Shown piece after piece: positions 13,556 through 28,000 of a DNA stretch of 64,000 bases (positions are counted from its first letter, which is position 1; every line of letters begins with the position of its first letter). Origin of the DNA: Eledone cirrhosa (lineage: Eukaryota). The stretch is from the NCBI GenBank assembly GCA_964016885.1, contig OZ024745.1:64976001-65040000 (forward strand), given 5' to 3'. The notes beneath the pieces were generated by a model that saw nothing but the letters and a program-made list of their open reading frames with translations, did not search any database and had not been told where the DNA came from. Made by a program: the position numbers and the translations under genes.

Positions 13556-15950
13556 TTGGGGGGATCCATTTTTAATTTGGGTGATCCATTTTTTATTTGG
13601 GGGATCCATTTTTTATTTGGGTGATCCATTTTTTATTTGGGGGATTCATTTTTTATTTGGGTGATCCATTTTTTATTTGGGTGATCCATTTTTTAATTGG
13701 GTGATCCATTTTTTATTTGGGGGATCCATTTTTTATTTGGGTGATCCATTTTTTAGTTGGGTGGTCCATTTTTTATTTGGGTGATCCATTTTTTATTTGG
13801 GGGATCCATTTTTTATTTGGGTGATCCATTTTTTATTTGGGAATCCATTTTTTATTTGGGTGAGCCATTTTTTATTTGGGTGATCCATTTTTTATTTGGG
13901 GGATCCATTTTTTATTTGGGTGATTCATTTTTTATTTGGGGGGTCCATTTTTTATTTGGGGGATCCATTTTTATTTGGGTGATCCATTTTCTATTTGGGG
14001 GATCCATTTTTTATTTGGGTGATCCATTTTTTATTTGGGTTGATCCCTTTTTTATTTGGGGGATCCATTTTTTATTTGGGTGATCCATTTTTTATTTGGG
14101 GGATCCATTTTTTATTTGGGTGATCCATTTTTTATTTGAGGGATCCATTTTATATTTGGGTGATCCATTTTTTATTTGGGGGATCCATTATTTATTTGGG
14201 TGATCCATTTTTTATTTGGGTGATCCATTTTTTTATTTGGGTGATCCATTTTTTATTTGGGTGATCCATTTTTTATTTGGGTGATACATTTTTTATTTGG
14301 GGGATCCATTTTTTATTTGGGTGATCCATTTTTTATTTGGGTGATCCATTTTTTATTTGAGGGATCCATTTTATATTTGGGTGATCCATTTTTTATTTGG
14401 GTGATCCATTTTTTATTTGGGGGATCCATTTTTTATTTGGGGGATCCATTTTTTATTTGGGGGATCCATTTTTTATTTGGGGGATCCATTTTTTATTTCG
14501 GGGATCCATTTTTTATTTGGGTGATTCATTTTTTATTTGGGGGATCCATTTTTTATTTGGGTGATCCATTTTTTTAATTTGGGGGTCCATTTTTTATTTG
14601 GGTGATCCATTTTTTATTTGGGTGATCCATTTTTTAATTGGGTGATCCATTTTTATTTGGGTGATCCATTTTTTACTTGGGGGATCCATTTTTTATTTGG
14701 GTGATCCATTTTTTATTTTGCTGATTCATTTTTTATTTGGGTGATCCATTTTTTATTTGGGGGATCCATTTTTTATTTGGGTGAACCATTTTTTATTTGG
14801 GGGATCCATTTTTTATTTGGGTGATCCATTTTTTATTTGGGTGATCCATTTTTTATTTGGGGGATCCATTTTTTTTTTGGGTGATCCATTTTTTTATTTG
14901 GGTGATCCATTTTTTATTTGGGTGATCCATTTTTTATTTGGGTGATACATTTTTTATTTGGGGGATCCATTTTTTATTTGGGTGATCCATTTTTTATTTG
15001 GGTGATCCATTTTTTATTTGAGGGATCCATTTTATATTTGGGTGATCCATTTTTTATTTGGGGGATCCATTTTTTATTTGGGTGATCCATTTTTTATTTG
15101 GGGGATCCATTTTTTATTTGGGTGATCCATTCTTTATTTGAGGGATCCATTTTATATTTGGGTGATCCATTTTTTATTTGGGGGATCCATTATTTATTTG
15201 GGTGATCCATTTTTTATTTGGGTGATCCATTTTTTTATTTGGGTGATCCATTTTTTATTTGGGTGATCCATTTTTTATTTGGGTGATACATTTTTTATTT
15301 GGGGGATCCATTTTTTATTTGGGTGATCCATTTTTTATTTGGGTGATCCATTTTTTATTTGAGGGATCCATTTTATATTTGGGTGATCCATTTTTTATTT
15401 GGGTGATCCATTTTTTATTTGGGGGATCCATTTTTTATTTGGGGGATCCATTTTTTATTTGGGGGATCCATTTTTTATTTGGGGGATCCATTTTTTATTT
15501 CGGGGATCCATTTTTTATTTGGGTGATTCATTTTTTATTTGGGGGATCCATTTTTTATTTGGGTGATCCATTTTTTTAATTTGGGGGTCCATTTTTTATT
15601 TGGGTGATCCATTTTTTATTTGGGTGATCCATTTTTTAATTGGGTGATCCATTTTTATTTGGGTGATCCATTTTTTACTTGGGGGATCCATTTTTTATTT
15701 GGGTGATCCATTTTTTATTTTGCTGATTCATTTTTTATTTGGGTGATCCATTTTTTATTTGGGGGATCCATTTTTTATTTGGGTGAACCATTTTTTATTT
15801 GGGGGATCCATTTTTTATTTGGGTGATCCATTTTTTATTTGGGGGATCCATTTTTTATTTGGGTGATCCATTTTTTATTTGGGTGATCCATTTTTTATTT
15901 GGGGGATCCATTTTTTATTTGGGGGATCCATTTTTTATTTGGGTGATCCA
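13556..15950. repeat. Non-adjacent copy of ~8560-10950 (offset 4996 bp), slightly diverged; boundaries approximate
   Basis: ORF pairs 8761/13757, 9261/14257, 9761/14757, 10263/15259 and 10803/15799 are all offset by 4996, with a few translated differences. Confidence 0.8.
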
Positions 15951-18900
15951 TTTTTATTTGGGTGATCCATTTTTTATTTGGGGGATCCATTTTTTATTTG
16001 GGTGATCCATTTTTTATTTGGGTGGTCCATTTTTTATTTGGGTGATCCATTTTTTATTTGGGGGATCCATTTTTTATTTGGGTGATCCATTTTTTATTTG
16101 GGGATCCATTTTTTATTTGGGTGATCCATTTTTTATTTGGGTGATCCATTTTTTATTTGGGGGATACATTTTTTATTTGGGTGATCCATTTTTTATTTGG
16201 GGGGTCCATTTTTTATTTGGGGGATCCATTTTTATTTGGGTGATCCATTTTTTATTTGGGGGATCCATTTTTTATTTGGGTGATCCCTTTTTTATTTGGG
16301 GGATCCATTTTTAATTTGGGTGATCCATTTTTTATTTGGGGGATCTATTTTTTATTTGGGGGATTCATTTTTTATTTGGGTGATCCATTTTTTATTAGGG
16401 GGGTCCATTTTTTATTTGGGTGATCCATTTTTATTTGGAGATCCATTTTTTATTTAGGTGATCCATTTTATAATTGGGTGATCCATTTTTTATTTGGGTG
16501 ATCCATTTTTTATTTGGGTGATCCATTTTTTATTTGGGGGATCCATTTTTTATTTGGGTGATCCATTTTTTATTTGGGTGATCCATTTTTTATTTGAGGG
16601 ACCCATTTTATATTTGGGTGATCCATTTTTTATTTGGGTGATCCATTTTTTATTTGGGGGATCCATTTTTTATTTGGGGGATCCATTTTTTATTTGGGGG
16701 ATCCATTTTTTATTTGGGGGATCCATTTTTTATTTCGGGGATCCATTTTTTATTTGGGTGATTCATTTTTTATTTGGGGGATCCATTTTTTATTTGGGTG
16801 ATCCATTTTTTTTATTTGGGGGTCCATTTTTTATTTGGGTGATCCATTTTTTATTTGGGTGATCCATTTTTTAATTGGGTGATCCATTTTTATTTGGGTG
16901 ATCCATTTTTTACTTGGGGGATCCATTTTTTATTTGGGTGATCCATTTTTTATTTTGCTGATTCATTTTTTATTTGGGTGATCCATTTTTTATTTGGGGG
17001 ATCCATTTTTTATTTGGGTGAACCATTTTTTATTTGGGGGATCCATTTTTTATTTGGGTGATCCATTTTTTATTTGGGTGATCCATTTTTTATTTGGGGG
17101 ATCCATTTTTTATTTGGGTGATCCATTTTTTATTTGGGTGATCCATTTTTTATTTGGGGGATCCATTTTTTATTTTGGGGATCCATTTTTTATTTGGGTG
17201 ATCCATTTTTATTTGGAGATCCATTTTGTATTTGGGTGATCCATTTTGTATTTGGGGGATCCATTTTTTAATTGGGTGATCCATTTTTTATTTGGGGGAT
17301 CCATTTTTTATTTGGGGGATCCATTTTTTATTTGGGGGATCCATTGTTTATTTGGTTGATCCATTTTTTATTTGGGTGATCCATTTTTTATTTGGGGGAT
17401 CCATTTTTTATTTGGGTGATCCATTTTTTATTTGGGTGATCCATTTTTTATTTGGGTGATCCATTTTTTATTTGTGGGAACCATTTTTTATTTGGGTGAT
17501 CCATTTTTTATTTGGGGGATCCTTTTTTTATTTGGGTGATCCATTTTTTATTTGGGTGATCCATTTTTTATTTGGGGGATCCATTTTTTATTTGGGTGAT
17601 CCATTTTTTATTTGGGTGATACATTTTTTATTTGGGGGATCCATTTTTTATTTGGGTGATCCATTTTTTATTTGGGGGATCCATTTTTTATTTGGGGGAT
17701 CCATTTTTTATTTGGGTGATCCATTTTTTATTTGGGTGATCCATTTTTTATTTGGGGGGATCCATTTTTTATTTGGGTGATCCATTTTTTATTTGGGGGA
17801 TCCATTTTTTATTTGGGTGATCCATTTTTTATTTGGGGGATCCATTTTTTATCTGGGTGATCCATTTTTTATTTGGGTGATCCATTTTTTAATTGGGTGA
17901 TCCATTTTTTATTTGGGGGATCCATTTTTTATTTGGGTGATCCATTTTTTAGTTGGGTGGTCCATTTTTTATTTGGGTGATCCATTTTTTATTTGGGTGA
18001 TCCATTTTTTATTTGAGGGATCCATTTTATATTTGGGTGATCCATTTTTTATTTGGGTGATCCATTTTTTATTTGGGGGATCCATTTTTTATTTGGGGGA
18101 TCCATTTTTTATTTGGGGGATCCATTTTTTATTTGGGGGATCCATTTTTTATTTCGGGGATCCATTTTTTATTTGGGTGATTCATTTTTTATTTGGGGGA
18201 TCCATTTTTTATTTGGGTGATCCATTTTTTTAATTTGGGGGTCCATTTTTTATTTGGGTGATCCATTTTTTATTTGGGTGATCCATTTTTTAATTGGGTG
18301 ATCCATTTTTATTTGGGTGATCCATTTTTTACTTGGGGGATCCATTTTTTATTTGGGTGATCCATTTTTTATTTTGCTGATTCATTTTTTATTTGGGTGA
18401 TCCATTTTTTATTTGGGGGATCCATTTTTTATTTGGGTGAACCATTTTTTATTTGGGGGATCCATTTTTTATTTGGGTGATCCATTTTTTATTTGGGGGA
18501 TCCATTTTTTATTTGGGTGATCCATTTTTTATTTGGGTGATCCATTTTTTATTTGGGGGATCCATTTTTTATTTGGGGGATCCATTTTTTATTTGGGTGA
18601 TCCATTTTTATTTGGGTGATCCATTTTTTATTTGGGGGATCCATTTTTTATTTGGGTGATCCATTTTTTATTTGGGTGGTCCATTTTTTATTTGGGTGAT
18701 CCATTTTTTATTTGGGGGATCCATTTTTTATTTGGGTGATCCATTTTTTATTTGGGGATCCATTTTTTATTTGGGTGATCCATTTTTTATTTGGGTGATC
18801 CATTTTTTATTTGGGGGATACATTTTTTATTTGGGTGATCCATTTTTTATTTGGGGGGTCCATTTTTTATTTGGGGGATCCATTTTTATTTGGGTGATCC

Positions 18901-20651
18901 ATTTTTTATTTGGGGGATCCATTTTTTATTTGGGTGATCCCTTTTTTATTTGGGGGATCCATTTTTAATTTGGGTGATCCATTTTTTATTTGGGGGATCT
19001 ATTTTTTATTTGGGGGATTCATTTTTTATTTGGGTGATCCATTTTTTATTAGGGGGGTCCATTTTTTATTTGGGTGATCCATTTTTATTTGGAGATCCAT
19101 TTTTTATTTAGGTGATCCATTTTATAATTGGGTGATCCATTTTTTATTTGGGTGATCCATTTTTTATTTGGGTGATCCATTTTTTATTTGGGGGATCCAT
19201 TTTTTATTTGGGTGATCCATTTTTTATTTGGGTGATCCATTTTTTATTTGAGGGACCCATTTTATATTTGGGTGATCCATTTTTTATTTGGGTGATCCAT
19301 TTTTTATTTGGGGGATCCATTTTTTATTTGGGGGATCCATTTTTTATTTGGGGGATCCATTTTTTATTTGGGGGATCCATTTTTTATTTCGGGGATCCAT
19401 TTTTTATTTGGGTGATTCATTTTTTATTTGGGGGATCCATTTTTTATTTGGGTGATCCATTTTTTTTATTTGGGGGTCCATTTTTTATTTGGGTGATCCA
19501 TTTTTTATTTGGGTGATCCATTTTTTAATTGGGTGATCCATTTTTATTTGGGTGATCCATTTTTTACTTGGGGGATCCATTTTTTATTTGGGTGATCCAT
19601 TTTTTATTTTGCTGATTCATTTTTTATTTGGGTGATCCATTTTTTATTTGGGGGATCCATTTTTTATTTGGGTGAACCATTTTTTATTTGGGGGATCCAT
19701 TTTTTATTTGGGTGATCCATTTTTTATTTGGGTGATCCATTTTTTATTTGGGGGATCCATTTTTTATTTGGGTGATCCATTTTTTATTTGGGTGATCCAT
19801 TTTTTATTTGGGGGATCCATTTTTTATTTTGGGGATCCATTTTTTATTTGGGTGATCCATTTTTATTTGGAGATCCATTTTGTATTTGGGTGATCCATTT
19901 TGTATTTGGGGGATCCATTTTTTAATTGGGTGATCCATTTTTTATTTGGGGGATCCATTTTTTATTTGGGGGATCCATTTTTTATTTGGGGGATCCATTG
20001 TTTATTTGGTTGATCCATTTTTTATTTGGGTGATCCATTTTTTATTTGGGGGATCCATTTTTTATTTGGGTGATCCATTTTTTATTTGGGTGATCCATTT
20101 TTTATTTGGGTGATCCATTTTTTATTTGTGGGAACCATTTTTTATTTGGGTGATCCATTTTTTATTTGGGGGATCCTTTTTTTATTTGGGTGATCCATTT
20201 TTTATTTGGGTGATCCATTTTTTATTTGGGGGATCCATTTTTTATTTGGGTGATCCATTTTTTATTTGGGTGATACATTTTTTATTTGGGGGATCCATTT
20301 TTTATTTGGGTGATCCATTTTTTATTTGGGGGATCCATTTTTTATTTGGGGGATCCATTTTTTATTTGGGTGATCCATTTTTTATTTGGGTGATCCATTT
20401 TTTATTTGGGGGGATCCATTTTTTATTTGGGTGATCCATTTTTTATTTGGGGGATCCATTTTTTATTTGGGTGATCCATTTTTTATTTGGGGGATCCATT
20501 TTTTATCTGGGTGATCCATTTTTTATTTGGGTGATCCATTTTTTAATTGGGTGATCCATTTTTTATTTGGGGGATCCATTTTTTATTTGGGTGATCCATT
20601 TTTTAGTTGGGTGGTCCATTTTTTATTTGGGTGATCCATTTTTTATTTGGG
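15307..20651. repeat. Higher-order tandem duplication, period 2654 bp (2 copies)
   Basis: Identical ORF pairs 15799/18453, 16018/18672, 16494/19148, 16994/19648 and 17472/20126. Shared rare variants GTGGGAACC and ATCTGGG. Confidence 0.92.
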
Positions 20652-23600
20652 GGATCCATTTTTTATTTGGGTGATTCATTTTTTATTTGGGGATCCATTT
20701 TTTATTTGGGTGATCCATTTTTTATTTGGGTGATCCATTTTTTATTTGGGGGATCCATTTTTTATTTGGGTGATTCATTTTTTATTTGGGGGGTCCATTT
20801 TTTATTTGGGGGATCCATTTTTATTTGGGTGATCCATTTTATATTTGGGGGATCCATTTTTTATTTGGGTGATCCATTTTTTATTTGGGTTGATCCCTTT
20901 TTTATTTGGGGGATCCATTTTTTATTTGGGTGATCCATTTTTTATTTGGAGGATCCACTTTTTATTTGGGTGATCCATTTTTTATTTGAGGGATCCATTT
21001 TATATTTGGGTGATCCATTTTTTATTTGGGGGATCCATTATTTATTTGGGTGATCCATTTTTTATTTGGGTGATCCATTTTTTATTTGGGTGATCCATTT
21101 TTTATTTGGGTGATCCATTTTTTATTTGGGTGATCCATTTTTTATTTGGGGGATCCATTTTTTATTTGGGTGATCCATTTTTTATTTGGGGATCCATTTT
21201 TTATTTGGGTGATCCATTTTTTATTTGGGTGATCCATTTTTTATTTGGGGGATACATTTTTTATTTGGGTGATCCATTTTTTATTTGGAGGGGTCCATTT
21301 TTTATTTGGGGGATCCATTTTTATTTGGGTGATCCATTTTTTATTTGGGGGATCCATTTTTTATTTGGGTGATCCCTTTTTTATTTGGGGGATCCATTTT
21401 TTATTTGGGTGATCCATTTTTTATTTGGGGGATCCATTTTTTATTTGGGGGATTCATTTTTTATTTGGGTGATCCATTTTTTATTAGGGGGATCCATTTT
21501 TTATTTGGGTGATCCATTTTTATTTGGAGATCCATTTTTTATTTAGGTGATCCATTTTATAATTGGGTGATCCATTTTTTATTTGGGGGATCCATTTTTT
21601 ATTTGGGGGATCCATTATTTATTTGGGTGATCCATTTTTTATTTGGGTGATCCATTTTTTATTTGGGTGATCCATTTTTTATTTGGGTGATCCATTTTTT
21701 ATTTGGGTGATCCATTTTTTATTTGGGGGATCCATTTTTTATTTGGGTGATCCATTTTTTATTTGGGGGATCCATTTTTTATTTGGGTGATCCATTTTTT
21801 ATTTGGGTGATCCATTTTTTATTTGGGGGATCCATTTTTTATTTGGGGGATCCATTTTTTATTTGGGTGATCCATTTTTATTTGGGTGATCCATTTTTTA
21901 TTTGGGGGATCCATTTTTTATTTGGGTGATCCATTTTTTATTTGGGTGGTCCATTTTTTATTTGGGTGATCCATTTTTTATTTGGGGGATCCATTTTTTA
22001 TTTGGGTGATCCATTTTTTATTTGGGGATCCATTTTTTATTTGGGTGATCCATTTTTTATTTGGGTGATCCATTTTTTATTTGGGGGATACATTTTTTAT
22101 TTGGGTGATCCATTTTTTATTTGGGGGGTCCATTTTTTATTTGGGGGATCCATTTTTATTTGGGTGATCCATTTTTTATTTGGGGGATCCATTTTTTATT
22201 TGGGTGATCCCTTTTTTATTTGGGGGATCCATTTTTAATTTGGGTGATCCATTTTTTATTTGGGGGATCTATTTTTTATTTGGGGGATTCATTTTTTATT
22301 TGGGTGATCCATTTTTTATTAGGGGGGTCCATTTTTTATTTGGGTGATCCATTTTTATTTGGAGATCCATTTTTTATTTAGGTGATCCATTTTATAATTG
22401 GGTGATCCATTTTTTATTTGGGTGATCCATTTTTTATTTGGGTGATCCATTTTTTATTTGGGGGATCCATTTTTTATTTGGGTGATCCATTTTTTATTTG
22501 GGTGATCCATTTTTTATTTGAGGGACCCATTTTATATTTGGGTGATCCATTTTTTATTTGGGTGATCCATTTTTTATTTGGGGGATCCATTTTTTATTTG
22601 GGGGATCCATTTTTTATTTGGGGGATCCATTTTTTATTTGGGGGATCCATTTTTTATTTCGGGGATCCATTTTTTATTTGGGTGATTCATTTTTTATTTG
22701 GGGGATCCATTTTTTATTTGGGTGATCCATTTTTTTTATTTGGGGGTCCATTTTTTATTTGGGTGATCCATTTTTTATTTGGGTGATCCATTTTTTAATT
22801 GGGTGATCCATTTTTATTTGGGTGATCCATTTTTTACTTGGGGGATCCATTTTTTATTTGGGTGATCCATTTTTTATTTTGCTGATTCATTTTTTATTTG
22901 GGTGATCCATTTTTTATTTGGGGGATCCATTTTTTATTTGGGTGAACCATTTTTTATTTGGGGGATCCATTTTTTATTTGGGTGATCCATTTTTTATTTG
23001 GGTGATCCATTTTTTATTTGGGGGATCCATTTTTTATTTGGGTGATCCATTTTTTATTTGGGTGATCCATTTTTTATTTGGGGGATCCATTTTTTATTTT
23101 GGGGATCCATTTTTTATTTGGGTGATCCATTTTTATTTGGAGATCCATTTTGTATTTGGGTGATCCATTTTGTATTTGGGGGATCCATTTTTTAATTGGG
23201 TGATCCATTTTTTATTTGGGGGATCCATTTTTTATTTGGGGGATCCATTTTTTATTTGGGGGATCCATTGTTTATTTGGTTGATCCATTTTTTATTTGGG
23301 TGATCCATTTTTTATTTGGGGGATCCATTTTTTATTTGGGTGATCCATTTTTTATTTGGGTGATCCATTTTTTATTTGGGTGATCCATTTTTTATTTGTG
23401 GGAACCATTTTTTATTTGGGTGATCCATTTTTTATTTGGGGGATCCTTTTTTTATTTGGGTGATCCATTTTTTATTTGGGTGATCCATTTTTTATTTGGG
23501 GGATCCATTTTTTATTTGGGTGATCCATTTTTTATTTGGGTGATACATTTTTTATTTGGGGGATCCATTTTTTATTTGGGTGATCCATTTTTTATTTGGG

Positions 23601-25077
23601 GGATCCATTTTTTATTTGGGGGATCCATTTTTTATTTGGGTGATCCATTTTTTATTTGGGTGATCCATTTTTTATTTGGGGGGATCCATTTTTTATTTGG
23701 GTGATCCATTTTTTATTTGGGGGATCCATTTTTTATTTGGGTGATCCATTTTTTATTTGGGGGATCCATTTTTTATCTGGGTGATCCATTTTTTATTTGG
23801 GTGATCCATTTTTTAATTGGGTGATCCATTTTTTATTTGGGGGATCCATTTTTTATTTGGGTGATCCATTTTTTAGTTGGGTGGTCCATTTTTTATTTGG
23901 GTGATCCATTTTTTATTTGGGGGATCCATTTTTTATTTGGGTGATTCATTTTTTATTTGGGGATCCATTTTTTATTTGGGTGATCCATTTTTTATTTGGG
24001 TGATCCATTTTTTATTTGGGGGATCCATTTTTTATTTGGGTGATTCATTTTTTATTTGGGGGGTCCATTTTTTATTTGGGGGATCCATTTTTATTTGGGT
24101 GATCCATTTTATATTTGGGGGATCCATTTTTTATTTGGGTGATCCATTTTTTATTTGGGTTGATCCCTTTTTTATTTGGGGGATCCATTTTTTATTTGGG
24201 TGATCCATTTTTTATTTGGAGGATCCACTTTTTATTTGGGTGATCCATTTTTTATTTGAGGGATCCATTTTATATTTGGGTGATCCATTTTTTATTTGGG
24301 GGATCCATTATTTATTTGGGTGATCCATTTTTTATTTGGGTGATCCATTTTTTATTTGGGTGATCCATTTTTTATTTGGGTGATCCATTTTTTATTTGGG
24401 TGATCCATTTTTTATTTGGGGGATCCATTTTTTATTTGGGTGATCCATTTTTTATTTGGGGATCCATTTTTTATTTGGGTGATCCATTTTTTATTTGGGT
24501 GATCCATTTTTTATTTGGGGGATACATTTTTTATTTGGGTGATCCATTTTTTATTTGGAGGGGTCCATTTTTTATTTGGGGGATCCATTTTTATTTGGGT
24601 GATCCATTTTTTATTTGGGGGATCCATTTTTTATTTGGGTGATCCCTTTTTTATTTGGGGGATCCATTTTTTATTTGGGTGATCCATTTTTTATTTGGGG
24701 GATCCATTTTTTATTTGGGGGATTCATTTTTTATTTGGGTGATCCATTTTTTATTAGGGGGATCCATTTTTTATTTGGGTGATCCATTTTTATTTGGAGA
24801 TCCATTTTTTATTTAGGTGATCCATTTTATAATTGGGTGATCCATTTTTTATTTGGGGGATCCATTTTTTATTTGGGGGATCCATTATTTATTTGGGTGA
24901 TCCATTTTTTATTTGGGTGATCCATTTTTTATTTGGGTGATCCATTTTTTATTTGGGTGATCCATTTTTTATTTGGGTGATCCATTTTTTATTTGGGGGA
25001 TCCATTTTTTATTTGGGTGATCCATTTTTTATTTGGGGGATCCATTTTTTATTTGGGTGATCCATTTTTTATTTGGG
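18442..25077. repeat. Higher-order tandem duplication, period 3270 bp (2 copies), overlapping the 2654-bp duplication
   Basis: Identical ORF pairs 18453/21723, 18672/21942, 19148/22418, 19648/22918, 20126/23396, 20607/23877 and 21106/24376. Confidence 0.92.
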
Positions 25078-28000
25078 GGATCCATTTTTTATTTCGGGGA
25101 TCCATTTTATATTTGGGTGATTCATTTTTTATTTGGGGGATCCATTTTTTATTTTGGGTGATCCATTTTTTATTAGGGGGATCCATTTTTTATTTGGGTG
25201 ATCCATTTTTATTTGTAGATCCATTTTTTATTTGGGTGATCCATTTTTTAATTGGATGATCCATTTTTTATTTGGGGGATCCATTTTTTATTTGGGGGAT
25301 CCATTATTTATTTGGGTGATCCATTTTTTATTTGGGTGATCCATTTTTTATTCGGGGGATCCATTTTTTATTTGGGTGATCCATTTTTTATTTGAGTGAT
25401 CCATTTTTTAATTGGGGATCCATTTTTTATTTAGTTGATCCATTTTTTAATTGGGTGATGCATTTTTTATTTGGGGGATCCATTTTTTATTTGGGGGATC
25501 CATTCTTTATTTGGGTGATCCATTTTTTATTTGGGTGATCCATTTTTTATTTGGGGGATCCATTTTGTATTTGGGTGATCCATTTTTTATTTGGGTGATC
25601 CATTTTTTATTTGGGTGATCCATTTTTTATTTGTGGGATCCATTTTTTATTTGGGTGATCCATTTTTTATTTGGGGGATCCTTTTTTTATTTGGGTGATC
25701 CATTTTTTATTTGGGTGATCCATTTTTTATTTGGGGGATCCATTTTTTATTTGGGTGATCCATTTTTTATTTGGGTGATCCATTTTTTATTTGGGGGATC
25801 CATTTTTTATTTGGGTGATCCATTTTTTATTTGGGGGATCCATTTTTTATTTGGGGGATCCATTTTTTATTTGGGTGATCCATTTTTTATATGGGTGATC
25901 CATTTTTTATTTGGGGGGATCCATTTTTAATTTGGGTGATCCATTTTTTATTTGGGGGATCCATTTTTTATTTGGGTGATCCATTTTTTATTTGGGGGAT
26001 CCATTTTTTATTTGGGTGATCCATTTTTTATTTGGGTGATCCATTTTTTAATTGGGTGATCCATTTTTTATTTGGGGGATCCATTTTTTATTTGGGTGAT
26101 CCATTTTTTAGTTGGGTGGTCCATTTTTTATTTGGGTGATCCATTTTTTATTTGGGGGATCCATTTTTTATTTGGGTGATCCATTTTTTATTTGGGGATC
26201 CATTTTTTATTTGGGTGATCCATTTTTTATTTGGGTGATCCATTTTTTATTTGGGGGGATCCATTTTTTATTTGGGTGATCCATTTTTTATTTGGGGGAT
26301 CCATTTTTTATTTGGGTGATCCATTGTTTATTTGGGGGATCCATTTTTTATTTGGGTGATCCATTTTTTATTTGGGTGATCCATTTTTTAATTGGGTGAT
26401 CCATTTTTTATTTGGGGGATCCATTTTTTATTTGGGTGATCCATTTTTTAGTTGGGTGGTCCATTTTTTATTTGGGTGATCCATTTTTTATTTGGGGGAT
26501 CCATTTTTTATTTGGGTGATCCATTTTTTATTTGGGGATCCATTTTTTATTTGGGTGATCCATTTTTTATTTGGGGGATCCATTTTTTATTTGGAGGATC
26601 CACTTTTTATTTGGGTGATCCATTTTTTATTTGAGGGATCCATTTTATATTTGGGTGATCCATTTTTTATTTGGGGGATCCATTATTTATTTGGGTGATC
26701 CATTTTTTATTTGGGTGATCCATTTTTTATTTGGGTGATCCATTTTTTATTTGGGTGATCCATTTTTTATTTGGGTGATCCATTTTTTATTTGGGGGATC
26801 CATTTTTTATTTGGGTGATCCATTTTTTATTTGGGGATCCATTTTTTATTTGGGTGATCCATTTTTTATTTGGGTGATCCATTTTTTATTTGGGGGATAC
26901 ATTTTTTATTTGGGTGATCCATTTTTTATTTGGGGGGGTCCATTTTTTATTTGGGGGATCCATTTTTATTTGGGTGATCCATTTTTTATTTGGGGGATCC
27001 ATTTTTTATTTGGGTGATCCCTTTTTTATTTGGGGGATCCATTTTTTATTTGGGTGATCCATTTTTTATATGGGGGATCCATTTTTTATTTGGGGGATTC
27101 ATTTTTTATTTGGGTGATCCATTTTTTATTAGGGGGATCCATTTTTTATTTGGGTGATCCATTTTTATTTGGAGATCCATTTTTTATTTAGGTGATCCAT
27201 TTTATAATTGGGTGATCCATTTTTTATTTGGGGGATCCATTTTTTATTTGGGGGATCCATTATTTATTTGGGTGATCCATTTTTTATTTGGGTGATCCAT
27301 TTTTTATTTGGGTGATCCATTTTTTATTTGGGTGATCCATTTTTTATTTGGGTGATCCATTTTTTATTTGGGGGATCCATTTTTTATTTGGGTGATCCAT
27401 TTTTTATTTGGGGGATCCATTTTTTATTTGGGTGATCCATTTTTTATTTGGGGGATCCATTTTTTATTTGGGGGATCCATTTTTTATTTGGGGGATCCAT
27501 TTTTTATTTGGGGGATCCATTTTTTATTTGGGGGATCCATTTTTTATTTCGGGGATCCATTTTTTATTTGGGTGATTCATTTTTTATTTGGGGGATCCAT
27601 TTTTTATTTGGGTGATCCATTTTTTTTATTTGGGGGTCCATTTTTTATTTGGGTGATCCATTTTTTATTTGGGTGATCCATTTTTTAATTGGGTGATCCA
27701 TTTTTATTTGGGTGATCCATTTTTTACTTGGGGGATCCATTTTTTATTTGGGTGATCCATTTTTTATTTTGCTGATTCATTTTTTATTTGGGTGATCCAT
27801 TTTTTATTTGGGGGATCCATTTTTTATTTGGGTGAACCATTTTTTATTTGGGGGATCCATTTTTTATTTGGGTGATCCATTTTTTATTTGGGTGATCCAT
27901 TTTTTATTTGGGGGATCCATTTTTTATTTGGGTGATCCATTTTTTATTTGGGTGATCCATTTTTTATTTGGGGGATCCATTTTTTATTTTGGGGATCCAT